This document shows, piece after piece, positions 30,357 to 41,460 of a DNA stretch of 64,000 nt. Position 1 is the first letter of the stretch, and each line of letters begins with the position of its first letter. Where the stretch lies: contig OX638155.1 of NCBI GenBank assembly GCA_951804945.1, forward strand, positions 47,864,001 through 47,928,000, given 5' to 3'. Position numbers and translations under genes: made by a program. The stretch comes from Podarcis cretensis. Lineage: Eukaryota. The notes beneath the pieces were generated by a model. The model did not search any database and was not told where the DNA came from. It worked only from the letters and a program-made list of their open reading frames with translations.

Positions 30357-33300
30357 CTTTAAAGAGAAAGCTGTTTAACCTTGTTTCCTGTTCACCCTGC
30401 AGTGGAAGGATGGGCAGAAGGGACAGCAGGAGCGGCACAGGTGCCCCGCAAAAGGGCTGACGTGGGAGATGCATTTAGGCCAGAGGTGGACACGACGGCT
30501 CCGATGAGTGATGAACCGAAACGGAAGGAGAAATCTACTGACACAGAAGAGGACCAGATAAGTGAAGAACCACGCCGTGAACAGTGCACCAAGACAACCC
30601 AGTACCCATCGACCGTGGACGAGTTTGTAGACAGGGCTGGGGACGAAAAGGGAGCTGGGCTCGCCTACGTCCCGGCCGATCCAGCCCAGCTGGCATCCCA
30701 GATGCTAGGTAAAGTTGAACCTGTTTCTTCTGAAGCTGAACTGAAGGATGTGGCGGTCTCAGTGCAGACGCTCCCTACCTCATCCCAAAGTGTAGAGAAT
30801 CTTGCTGCTTCAGTCACAGAGGCCCCGCCACCCTCACCTGCACCGGAACCTGCCCCTGCCCCATCGGAAGTAGCGCCTGCCCCTGCAGAAGAGGAACCGC
30901 CTACCCCCGCAGAACCGGAACCTGCCCCCGCGGAACCGGAACCTGCCCCCGCAGAACCGGAACCTGCCCCCGCAGAACCAGAGCCTGGCCCCGCAGAACC
31001 AGAGCCTGCCCCCGCGGAAGCAGAGCCTGCTGCGCCTGCAGAAGCAGAAGCAGAGCCTGCTGCCCCTGCAGAAGCAGAACCTGCTACCCCTGCAGCTTCT
31101 GTACACTCTCTCAGGGCTGGGTCCACCACTCAAAGTCACACCTCTGTTCCTGGGGAGGTAGTTACCTCAGGCAGTCAGGCTGAGCAGCCACCTGCCGACG
31201 TAGCAGATCCAGATTCCTCAGACCCCTTGCTGGAAGAACAGCCGCCCCCGCCACCACCACCTCCTCCTCCTCCTGATAAAGACCCATTGCAGGCTGAATC
31301 TTGTTCAAGTGAAATTGAGCTCACATCAGACATACAGCTCACCCCCATGTGTGATGATGATCCCAATGCTGGTGGAGAGCCCCAACCACCACCGTATGTA
31401 GAGCAGTTTCCGCAGCAGATAGTAATTCCTTTCGTAGACACTGTAGCATGTCTCTTTAATCCGCTGATGGCTTCGCAGAATGCAGGTCAGTTTGCTAGTA
31501 TTCTAGATCCATCTGCAGATGATGCAGAATGTGACCCTGACAGGATGGATACTGCAGAGGAACTGAGTTCAGCTGATCCAGGTTTTATTATGTCAGGTAA
31601 GAAGTCAAGATATTTCTGAAAGCTGCCTATTCCATGTTGTAGTGATATTATTGCTCCATAATCAACAGATGGCTCCATCTCCTCAAATGCACTTGTGCCC
31701 ATAGCTCAGCTGAGACTGAGGTCACACCCACACTGTACATTAAAAGCACATGGCTCCCCCCTGCAAAACTGGGAACTGCAGTTTACCTCTCACAGAGCCC
31801 CCAGCACCCTTAAACTACAATTCCCAGGACTTTGTGAGGGAAGCCATGTGCTTTAAATGAATGGTGTGGTTGTGACCCCAAAGGCCTTGTGCTGGTACAG
31901 TGCCTTGGGGACTGGAGCTTTAATTATTTAAATGCAAGTATCTATGACAGTGCAGTGCTGAGATAAGTGATTGGTCACTTTTGCTTTTAGGGAGTTACAG
32001 AGCCCACAGCACCTAACTGGAATGTGCATGTCTGGAATTTTTGCCTGTTTTTTCCAGGTGCATGGTTGATTGTGAGTAGGCCCCAAAACGTACCTTGCGT
32101 GAGTGCCAGCTGCCCCAATTTTCTGCTCAAGTCTTGTATCATTTCCTGCAAGCAGACTGGGCAGGAGCAGGATGACATTCAGCGGGGAGTTAGGCCAATG
32201 CCTTTTGGCTCTTCTTTAAACCATGATTATTCCCTCTCACAATAGACTATGCATCTTGAATCAAAATTACACACATGCTCACAGCAGTTAACAGAAAGTG
32301 ATGTGGGTGACCGTGGCTTCAGGTTGTGTTTTTTTAAAAAACGAACAAGTATTCAGATGCTCAGCCATGGCACTGCTTAGGTTTTTGCATTTAAAAGAAA
32401 TGGTGGTGGTTGCCTGGGCTGTCCCATTAGGTCTGGTCTTCTCCAGATTGTTGACAGAGAGGGGACTAATCGCTTCTTGCTGAGAACTGCAGATCTTGCT
32501 GCAGCTGGAGGATTGGCTTCCCATGGTGACACTGTTTCCTCTTATTCTCTGCTCTCCCTCCGTGAGAAGTGTGTAGCCCACTCCTGTTCTCGAGCTGAAG
32601 AAGCTCTCTAGCACCTTTCCCATGGCCTTGGTGTGCCCTGCGATGGCACACTATTCCCTAGAGTCACTTCCCATTAGAGAGGTGTAGGTAGGTAAGGTCT
32701 GGAAGCATCTTACAGAAGAGAGAATGCCGAAGGGGACAGGGGTTAGAGGAACACAAAGGGTTGGCATGGCTGGACAGGATTTGTGGTCGAAAAGACACTT
32801 TCAACCCATGATCTTTGGGTCACCCATACGAAAACAGTATCCTTACAACCAACAGAAGTACCTAATGACAAAATTTTCCCCCAAGTTGTGAATCTGATAC
32901 TTTGGATTTATTTCGAAAATTATGAGAACCGGTTCTTCTGCTGTTCTCCATTTCAGCCATGCCAAGGTCCTCCCTTTTGCCTTCAGGGATTCTCTCCTCT
33001 CTGTAACATCCTTTCTTTGTGGCATAAAGTTGTGGGTAAGGCTATGCAATGTGACTGCAGTTCATACATCCTACTAGATGGTCTTTCATGCCAGCAAATT
33101 TTCTTTAAATTTTTATTTTATAGCCATGGCAACAAGCGAACCAGGACAACCACCACCATATTCTAATGTGTGGACTCTCTATTGTCTAACTGATATGCAT
33201 CAACAAGGTCGCAAGTCACCACCACCTCCACCACCCCTTCCACCTGTTGGAACTGGTGCTCCTGTTCCCCAGGCAACCCTATTCATATCTAGTGGTAAGG

Positions 33301-33758
33301 ACCAGCCGCAGTATCTACAGCCGCAGATGCTACAACAAGGCCAACCACCACAAGTGTCCTCTCCAACTTATGTGATGATGGAAGAAGGGAAGAAGGGAAA
33401 TGCACCACCTTTCATTTTAGTGGGCTCTTCTGTTCAGAATAAACAGGACTGGAAACCCATCCCTGGCCATGCTGTCCTTGCACAGCAGGATACTGGCGGG
33501 ACTGTGAGGAGGTTCGCTACGATACCCGTACCAGTTGCCAGGGCAGCAGATCCGAAAATGGCCAATCCCAATTTTAACTCCGCACAGGATAGCGGCAGGC
33601 CTCCAACTCCAGTTTTTCTTTCAGTTGCCATACCACTGGAAGATGTGATGAATGGGAAGAAGGGCTCAGGAGCTGGGGATAAAGCACCCTTTGCAGGCAG
33701 CTATGGTATAGCAGGAGAGATCACATTTACTACTGCCTCTGTGCGCAGGACAGAATAG
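27273..33758 (+). CDS. CABYR: CABYR (calcium-binding tyrosine phosphorylation-regulated sperm fibrous-sheath protein), complete CDS; predicted 380-aa and 676-aa isoforms
   Basis: RIIa-like dimerisation/docking motif VVPYGLKTLLEGVSRAVLK, AYVPADPAQLASQML, and CR-B AMATSEPGQPPPYSNVWTLYCLTD...GSYGIAGEITFTTA. Exons 27273-27420, 27610-27663, 30403-30708 or 30403-31596, 33124-33758. Confidence 0.96.
27610..27663 (+). CDS. CABYR: CABYR 54-nt exon DHPNLDIKDLVREFHMTR
   Basis: ccccag| acceptor, |gtaaga donor, phase 1/1; resembles recalled mammalian MDIKDLVKQFHQIK. Confidence 0.93.
27720..27905. mobile_element. Fold-back MITE family (catttaaagcacatg...cccaaagaatcctggga arms); other copies ~31720-31877, ~35855-36020, ~62230-62400
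   Basis: Four diverged dispersed copies in the window, each internally palindromic. Confidence 0.7.
28014..28062. repeat. (ATT)n microsatellite
   Basis: Read directly. Confidence 0.97.
28578..28607. repeat. (TAG)n microsatellite
   Basis: Read directly. Confidence 0.95.
29034..29173. mobile_element. ~140-bp hAT-like MITE (CAGGGATG...CATCCCTG); relatives at ~680-800, ~15670-15770, ~34310-34395, ~51215-51325, ~58785-58850
   Basis: Terminal inverted 8-mer and a shared core ccagatgttg.tggactacaactcccatca in dispersed copies. Confidence 0.65.
30319..30351. repeat. (GA)n microsatellite
   Basis: Read directly; ~50 nt upstream of the CABYR acceptor at 30402. Confidence 0.96.
30403..31596 (+). CDS. 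CABYR: CABYR large acidic/Pro-rich exon (coding region A); internal alternative donor after 30708
   Basis: ctgcag| acceptor; donors ctag|gtaaag (30709) and tcag|gtaaga (31597), both phase 1; motifs EKSTDTEED and YVEQFPQQIVIPFVD. Confidence 0.9.
30909..31092 (+). repeat. Coding minisatellite, 21-bp unit GCAGAACCRGARCCTGCCCCC = (AEPEPAP)n
   Basis: Five near-perfect 21-bp units (30909-31013) followed by three degenerate AEAEPAAP-type units. Confidence 0.93.
33124..33758 (+). CDS. CABYR: CABYR coding region B exon; exon continues to 33765
   Basis: ttttatag| acceptor phase 1, TAG at 33756-33758, agg|gtaagt donor at 33766. Confidence 0.95.
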
Positions 33759-34874
33759 CAAAAGGGTAAGTAGATCAGTTCACTTCGTTTATTTTTTTAA
33801 TGATTGGTTGGTTGATTGTAGAGATGTATTCTGTAGTGGGCTACATTTCTAATATGCTGCAGCCATTCTGGGATCAGAAAGTTTTCTTCCAAGGTTGCAA
33901 ACTGCGGGGGGGGGGGTGTCCCTAACTCCACATTCCTTTTATGCATTTCCCTCTAGAGAAGAAGCTGTACCATTTTCATATTGGGAACAGTGAAAAATAA
34001 ATAGTAGACAAGTAGTTTATTTTTTAAGGGTTGTGAGCTGCTGAAAATGGGACACTAAAATAATGTTGGAAATTCTCTGCACACACCTCAATTGGCAATG
34101 ACCATAAGCTTTCAACTTGGAACTCAAATCCTACTGATTTCAAAGGAATGTATTCCCAGGTGATGGCTCTGATGCAAAAGTTTGTGCTTAGCTTCTGTTT
34201 TTTATGAAACTTAAATTCTGTTATTTGACTGTTTGGCAGAAAAGTTTGGAAATTGAATACCCTCCACCTTGCCCCACAATTCATTGGTAGGACTTTTGTA
34301 TTCAGAAAAGGACCTTTGGCCCTCCAGATGTTGCTGAACTACAACTCCCACCAGCCTCAGCAAGCATGGCCAGGGACGATGGGACTTGTAGTGCATGGAG
34401 AGAGTGGCTTAGTGCGTAGAGAGGGTAATGGCACATGGAGCACTGTGTTGTACGCATCTGTTCCCTGCCCAGTTATGCACATGGGACCCTGTTTCCAAGG
34501 ACATAGTGCTCTGAGCTGTATGAAGGTGCTGATGCCATTCACATCTTAATTGGTTTGGTGAGTGTGTCCCTTTTTCAGAGATGCAGTGGCAAATCAAGTG
34601 TTGTTCATAAAACATTTAAAAAATACTCAACAAATGACTGAAGGGATATTGCTGATTTCCTTTGGAATGTGCATTTGGCCAGTTTCTAAGAAACAGGTTT
34701 GAAGCTTGTGAGCCCCCTCACTGAATCTGTTGCCATTTGCTTTCTTTTTCCTTCATGTGCATTGTTTGTTACTGGAGACTAAGTTTGGGTTAGAAATTTG
34801 ATGAAGGTCCATAGAATACTTGCTGCAAGTTTTCTACATTCCAGAATTAATGAAGAGCTATCTTTAAAATAGAG

Positions 34875-34985
34875 GGTGGCATTCAACTAAGTTTTACTGA
34901 GAGCAGATCCTTTGAAATTAATGAACATCACTAAATTGGGCCCATTCATTTGAATAAGTCTGAGTAAAACTTAGTTGAACACCAC
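34875..34985. mobile_element. ~110-bp hairpin MITE
   Basis: gtggcattcaactaagttttact ... agtaaaacttagttgaacaccac inverted arms. Confidence 0.7.
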
Positions 34986-37900
34986 TCAGAGTTATTTTCC
35001 AGCTGCTATTGCATGTGAAAGATAAAAGTGGTTTTGTCCTGGTTTTTGTTGTTGTTGAACTTGAAAGTATGGAATAGGTTGCTGGTTTTCTAGAGATTTG
35101 CTGAGACATGCAGATCAGTTCCGTTCTTTTTAACAATCCATGAAATTCTGTCTTTGTTACTTCTGAAAATCTTACCCGGTTTGCCTTTGCTTTGATGCTT
35201 TAGAACTGCTGCTCTGTATTAAGGGTGACAACCAACAGTGTCAGCCTGCTTGTGGAACAGATGTCCAGTTCTGACACAGGCCTTTCCCATCCCCTCCCAC
35301 CCCTACTCCTCACATGATGTTGGATGTTGTCTAGTGTATTGTTTAAAAGGACGCATGTCATAGTGTTGAGAGCCAATTACTCAGTGTATCAGGGTGTATG
35401 AGAATAGCCAAACAGGGAGGGGGAGATAGTAGACTTAAATAAATTTGGGGATGATCTGGGGTTTGTCAAAGTGCTGGTGTTGTAAAATTCCAGTGATTAG
35501 GAAACAGTAGATCAGCTCCTACAAACATGGTGTAAATGGGTCAAATGCAGCTTTGTTGGCAGCAGATGAGGCCAGCTTAAGCCACAAGGAGCTCAAGAGC
35601 TACTGCTGGCTTGGTGGTGTCATTCTAGCCTGGTGGGCCTCATAATGCAGATGCCTTCTTGTACTTAAAACAGTTCTGAAATAGTTCTCATCTTCATGAG
35701 CTGACCAAGTAGTTAAAGATAGCATAGCCTACAAAGGATGGGTGGGTGTAATTTAGTCCTATCAAGAAATTAAACCATGAATAGATGTGACCTGCAAAGA
35801 TGGGCGTAAAGTAAACATACTTTTGGGAGTAGTTTCCAATAACATAGGTCACAAACACACTAGACATTTAAAGCACATGATTTCCCCCAAAGAATCTGGA
35901 GAACTGTAGACTTACAATTCCCAACACCCTTAACAAACTACAGTTCCCAAGGTTCTCTTGGGGAAGCCATGTGGTTTAAATCTGCCTTACATGTACTTTC
36001 CATATATAGCGTGGATGTGATGAGAGCTGACAGTTGCATCAGTACAAGGCAGAAAGCCAGGTCAGAATTAGAAATATAGCAGGTAAAATATTTGCAAAAG
36101 TGTGCAGTGGTGGTAGCTTTCTGCTAAGGAGAATTTTACATTTGGAAGGGTGAGGGTAGACCACTTGACTTGCAGGCAGAATGTCCACAGTTCATTCCCT
36201 GGCATCTCCAGCTTGGGTTGTCTAAGAAACCCTGGCATGCTCCTGACAGTGCAGACCAGGTTGGCAGGGGGCATGCGGAGAAGGTAGGTTGGGCTCTACT
36301 GGTAGATCTACAGTTGTTTGACAATGGGAACAAAATTCATCTCCCTGATGAAATTAGGAAAAGCTGAGGGGAGGAGGGGGACAGGGTCACTAGGAGTGGA
36401 TTTTTGTGTAGGGCAGCAATTCCATGCCTGAGCTTGGAATTAAATAATTCAATGCCTGTTTTCTCACGTTATTCACATATAAGATGTATGTCAGGTGCAG
36501 GCAGGGCTAAAAGCATGGTTCTGTTCTGCAGCCATCACAATTATGTCCCACCTGTAAGTAACACGTGAACAGGGTTAAGGCATCTATTAAAACACCATGT
36601 TACTCCTACAGACTTGATGCATTCCCACCTTCAGTGTAGACAGTATCAGTTTACTGCACCAAAATTATACATAAACATCCATTTCCTTTAATGTAGTAGT
36701 TGGAGGTGAAGGAAAAATTTCAGGCTCATAGCCTGGCTAAAAGCTTGGATGGGGTGGACAACACAAAAGTAGATATTGGTACACATTAATGTTTTACTTG
36801 TATTCATTAAGGCTATATAAAGATGGTGATAATGATCATTACTTCTGTTTCTTGCACAAGCTCTGCAGTAATGATAGGCCAGCTTAGAGGGGAACTATTT
36901 CTGGGGTTGCCAGAGCACAGCATCCTCCTTCCGCCTTTTCCTCTGTTCTCCACCTCTCTTTTTCATCCTTCCTTCCATCTCTCACCCCCCACTTCCCCCA
37001 ATTCTTTCCAACCACCATTCTTTCCCAATGTGTTCTCAGGTCCTCCAACTAAAAAATTTACTCTCCCTTCCACCTTCCCAATAACTACGTGTAGTTACAC
37101 GATTTTAAATTTCTCCCTCAAAGCGAGAACTGACTGTCTGATCTTTGTAAGCAACTCTAGAAACTTTTTTAGGCTATAGAGATGCTAAAATGCATCATTT
37201 TCCTGTCAGTTGTATAGTATTACAGAATAAAAACCTTCATGCGTCAGAACAGTGGGATTTGTTAAGATTCTCGAAGCACTGGGTTGTATTCACAGGCTAA
37301 CAAAAAAGCAAAAACTTGATTCAAGATAGATAGAAAAGAGCAATCTTTTCTTTAAAATGGGGTAGGGATCAGATTATATGAAGTCTTTTCATAGAAGAGC
37401 AGGCCCATTCCAAAGGCCCATCTAATCCAGCATCCCTGGATTCACCCCAGTGGAAACCAGGTTCAAAATGAAGCCCACAAGCAGAGTTTGAGGCTAATAA
37501 TGCTTTTCTGTTAAGTCTCCATCAGCCTATTCAGAGACAGACTGTCTCTGAACCTGGAGAAAGAAAGATATCTCAATTGATAGCTGTATGGAACATCCAG
37601 TTTAGAGGCAGGCTAGCTCTTGAGTAAACTGGCATTGTGGAAGGGGGTTTTAGTCTCAAATCCTACACCTTCAAAAGCGTGTGTTAGCCAGTGGCCAACA
37701 CTGCATGATGAGCTGCATGAAGAGGTCATTTGTAAAAATCACAAAAACTTATAAATTGCTTTGAAAAGCTATAAAAAAGTGTGATTCTGTGTCTACTCAG
37801 ATGTGAGTCCTACTAAATCCAATGGGACATGGGACTTACTCCCAGGTATGGCTGTAGCCTTAATTTCCTATTTGCTACGTATAGTTCAGAAGAGGTTAGG

Positions 37901-39149
37901 AAGATGCTCTGCCTTAGCTTCCTGTTCCCATTTGGGTGGTAGGACCATGACATCTATGGAAATCATGTCTCCCTCCCTCCCTGTGTGCCCCTTCTGGTTG
38001 GCACTGGTTGCTATGTTTCAGCTGGAAACAGGGAGCACCAAACTACTGTAATTGTAATTCTTTCTCCTGGCACCCTTCCACTTGTGCACAACAGATTGTA
38101 CTTTAAAAAACAGAGTTAATAGAATCCCTGCTGTCTGTCATGGCAGATAGGATTGTGAATCACTTGCACAAAGGAAATTGTCTCCCCAACTTCAGAATTA
38201 ACATCAGCAAGGGCTTACTAAATCTCTGCCTCTCTCCAAGCAGCCCTTGCATGTCAACAAAAGCCTCCAGAATTTGCTCTTCTCTGCTCCCCCATAATCT
38301 CATTTTCATCCCACATGTATTTGCCATACTGGCGGTGTATAGGTCTATAGAGTCTGGTCCCAGAATACATCTCTCTATATCTGCTACCCTTGGAGTTAAA
38401 GATCTGTGGAGGAGGTCCTGCTTCTGATGACCCAAGACAGGGCATTGTCTTCTACTGTGCCCCATTTGTGGAGCTTTTGTTGAAATAAGATAGTCCTCTG
38501 TTTTACCACTTTTTCATCACCCAGTGAATATGCTGTTTTGTTTCTGTAGTGGGGTAGAGCTGAGATCCATTGTTTGTCATGACCGTGTTTGATTGTAGAT
38601 TGCTGCAGAGATTGTTTTTTAATGCATATGTGATGAAAGCAAACATACAGCTGAGGGTGGAGATGCTACAGGTTAGCCACCCCCTTAAGAGGATCGGAAA
38701 TGAGCTGCAGAGTCATGGTGCCCTCACTCTGCTCTTGCATGTTGCTGCTCTTTCAAGGTTCTTGTTCAGCACCAGTCAGTTTGCTGTGACACCTGAATCA
38801 GCAAAACATTGTTCGCACACGGCCTCTAAGCCGAAATTGGAAACCTACCGTACTTCAAACTGTAGTTTCCAATTTCTTGCTGCAAGGAAGGCCACAGAGC
38901 ACATGCTTTGCTGGTTATAGTTCGGATGCTCAAACCACTGATTTCTCTAGTTAAAAGAACTTGGTTTGTAGGGCTGGGAACGTCCTCTGGCTGCGATTGT
39001 TTGAGAGTTGCTGTCAGATTAGAATGCACTGAGTTAAGAGTCCTTATCCCTTTCTGCAAGAGAATGCGGTAGACCATATGCGCCGATGTTTTGCTACTGC
39101 CATGAACAAAAAATGCTAAATTCACTGAGTAAACCTTTTTCCCTCCCAG

Positions 39150-39258
39150 ATTGAGAAGAGGTGCTGTTCAACATTTCACCCCAGAATGGAAACCTGCATC
39201 TTTAATTAGAAATTGATTAACTAATACACGCAATAAAGCAATGCAAGCGCTCTTATCT
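39150..39258 (+). other. Candidate non-coding terminal exon of CABYR
   Basis: cctttttccctcccag| acceptor and AATAAA at 39232-39237; the donor at 33766 needs a downstream exon. Confidence 0.45.
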
Positions 39259-40249
39259 AAAGACTGTTTTTTAAAAAGCATTGGTATTTAGTTTTAAGAC
39301 TAGTAATCAAGGAGTAGTGAACTAAAATCAGGACACTTCCCTCATTTTGACCTTTGATCTGAGAAGTTTAAAATGGACTGCTAGGGAAAGAAAGTCAAAA
39401 TGAACATTCCTAAAGTTCAGGACACTATTCCCTTCCCAGTAAGTTGTTACGCTACTTGGAAGGCCCTTAGTCAGAAGTCTTATGACTGGGTAATTGACAA
39501 AATAGAACGTCATGTCCAGGAAATACAGAATGAGGGCATGGAGATTCCATGCAACTGCAAAATGAAAACAGGCTCTTATATAAGAATGCTGTTTTGTCTC
39601 TTCCATTGGTTTTTCCATCCCAAGGTGGGAACTGGGAAGCCTCCACCCACAATTTTTGGGTGGCTGTAGTAGCAGGACATTAATTGTGGTCATTCTGGCA
39701 ATTGCGAGGGCTCGAGAGAGAGAGAAAGGCAGGCAGGCTAAGCTCTTATTTCAAGTTGGACTTTGGATATATAGAGAAGCAGCAGTACTCACTGCTCCTT
39801 TGTAGTTCTAAAGCCCATAATTAAGAAAGAGGCTAATTATTTCCCTCTCTCCAAGTTCCCTGGTATGGCAGAAGACTTTACGAATGTTTAGGGGCCCCAT
39901 CTCTCCTGCACAACACAAAGTGTCCTTTCCCACCTCAAAATTATACAATATGTGAAGCAAGCCTTTGCTGTATGCTAGACAACCTGGGGCAGTAAGACAG
40001 TTGTGGGGTTACCATTGGCCCTCCAAATAACTAACATGCTATCACCTCCCCCCCCCCCCAAGCAGTATGGTGGGAAGATAAATAGTAGGACTTCTATAAA
40101 ATTGCTGAAATTAGGATAACTAATCTTAACTATTCAACCACCAATATGCTTTAGGGTGAACTGATTCAAGAAACATTTTGCAAAGCTTAAAACACACACC
40201 CTTTCCTGGTTTGATACCCCACCTCCCTGAATGCAATAAAGAAATTCTG

Positions 40250-41357
40250 GCCATGAGGCAGTTTAAAGTCTTTATTAATAGCAATTAAATTATTCAGTTA
40301 ACACTATACTTCCAAACAGCAATTAAATTATACAAGAGCAGCAAGCCCTCTGGAATTTATGTACTCAGTTTTATACAAATATATAATCCCATAAAGTTTA
40401 ATGTACCCCAAACAAAGGGGTAAATCTGCTGTGTACAGTAGTTTCAGAGCTGCCTTGCTGGCTTTGAAATGCGCACAACTTCCTTTGAGAGTTTGCTTCT
40501 GACAGCAAATACCCATTATCCACGCTGTTGCTTAGGACCAGTTCCTCCCACCTAATGATAGTGCTGAGCACATCTTAAGTGCATTGCAGATTTAAAAAAA
40601 AATACTTCATTTTAGTTAAACTTTTAAAGATTTAAATGGCTCTTAATTCCATAAAGATTTGAACATGGTAATAAAAGTTGTAAGAGCAAATTCAAAACAC
40701 TGCACTAAACATGGAATAGACATTTCTGAGTATTTTATACCAGTTAATCCTACTTAGTATCTGGAGATGAATGGGAAGAAGGGCAGGCTGGTGCAGAGAG
40801 AGTAACATTTTGAGGCTAGTAATCTATAATCCAGTATTTTATGAAGTAATGGAACGTCACTTTCAGAAAGTTGAGTCATTCTTCTCAAGAGTGGCATGCC
40901 CTTCTCCGCCTCCAAGCCATGGTAGTATTGCATTTCCGGATACATTTCCGGAGTGTGCTTTTGATATTTGTTTTATAAGAGGCTTCAAATTTCCATTATG
41001 TGAGCAGATTATCACTGACCAAAGAGAAAGACAGAAAACCCAAAGGGTTTCTATTTTCTATTTGACCTGGGTGGGACGGAACATGAGTTGCACTGTTTCT
41101 TCAGCAAATATAGTTAGTGCTCTTTCTCCCTGTAACAGATGTGGTGTATGCATATTATACATGGTTTAATATAGGGGAGTGGACAAAATCTCCTCCCAAT
41201 AATCTTGTGCTACCATAATTGCTGCAGAAGCTGCTGAATATAGTACATTCAATTAAAATTCAGAGCTGGTTTTTTTCTCTAAGAGTACAGGAACAAAGGA
41301 AAACACTGAAAACTGATTAAGACTTGTTTGTGTTAGTCTTGGACTTCCCGATGCAGC
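40250..41357 (-). other. OSBPL1A: OSBPL1A 3' UTR (~1.1 kb) with AATAAA at 40276-40271
   Basis: Follows the stop codon; tttatt on + at 40271-40276. Confidence 0.7.
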
Positions 41358-41460
41358 TTAATAAATATCAGGCAAGCTGAAATAGTTTCTGTCCCAGTAG
41401 TTCCCAGAGTAAAGCCAGTCATGCCCACTGGTGTATGGATTCAGCCCTTGATGGAACCAC
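41358..41460 (-). CDS. OSBPL1A: OSBPL1A last coding exon [33 protein letters not shown]
   Basis: ccttttcag| acceptor, TAA at 41360-41358. Confidence 0.96.

Noticed and set aside
30665-31139. Minus-strand ORFs with silk-like GAGSGSA and CGGRFRF repeats
   Set aside because: They are antisense shadows of the CABYR (AEPEPAP)n repeat and have no independent splice or promoter evidence.
36532-36553. 22-nt AG...GTAAGT micro-exon-like segment downstream of CABYR
   Set aside because: Poor exonic donor context (cct|gt) and expected by chance.
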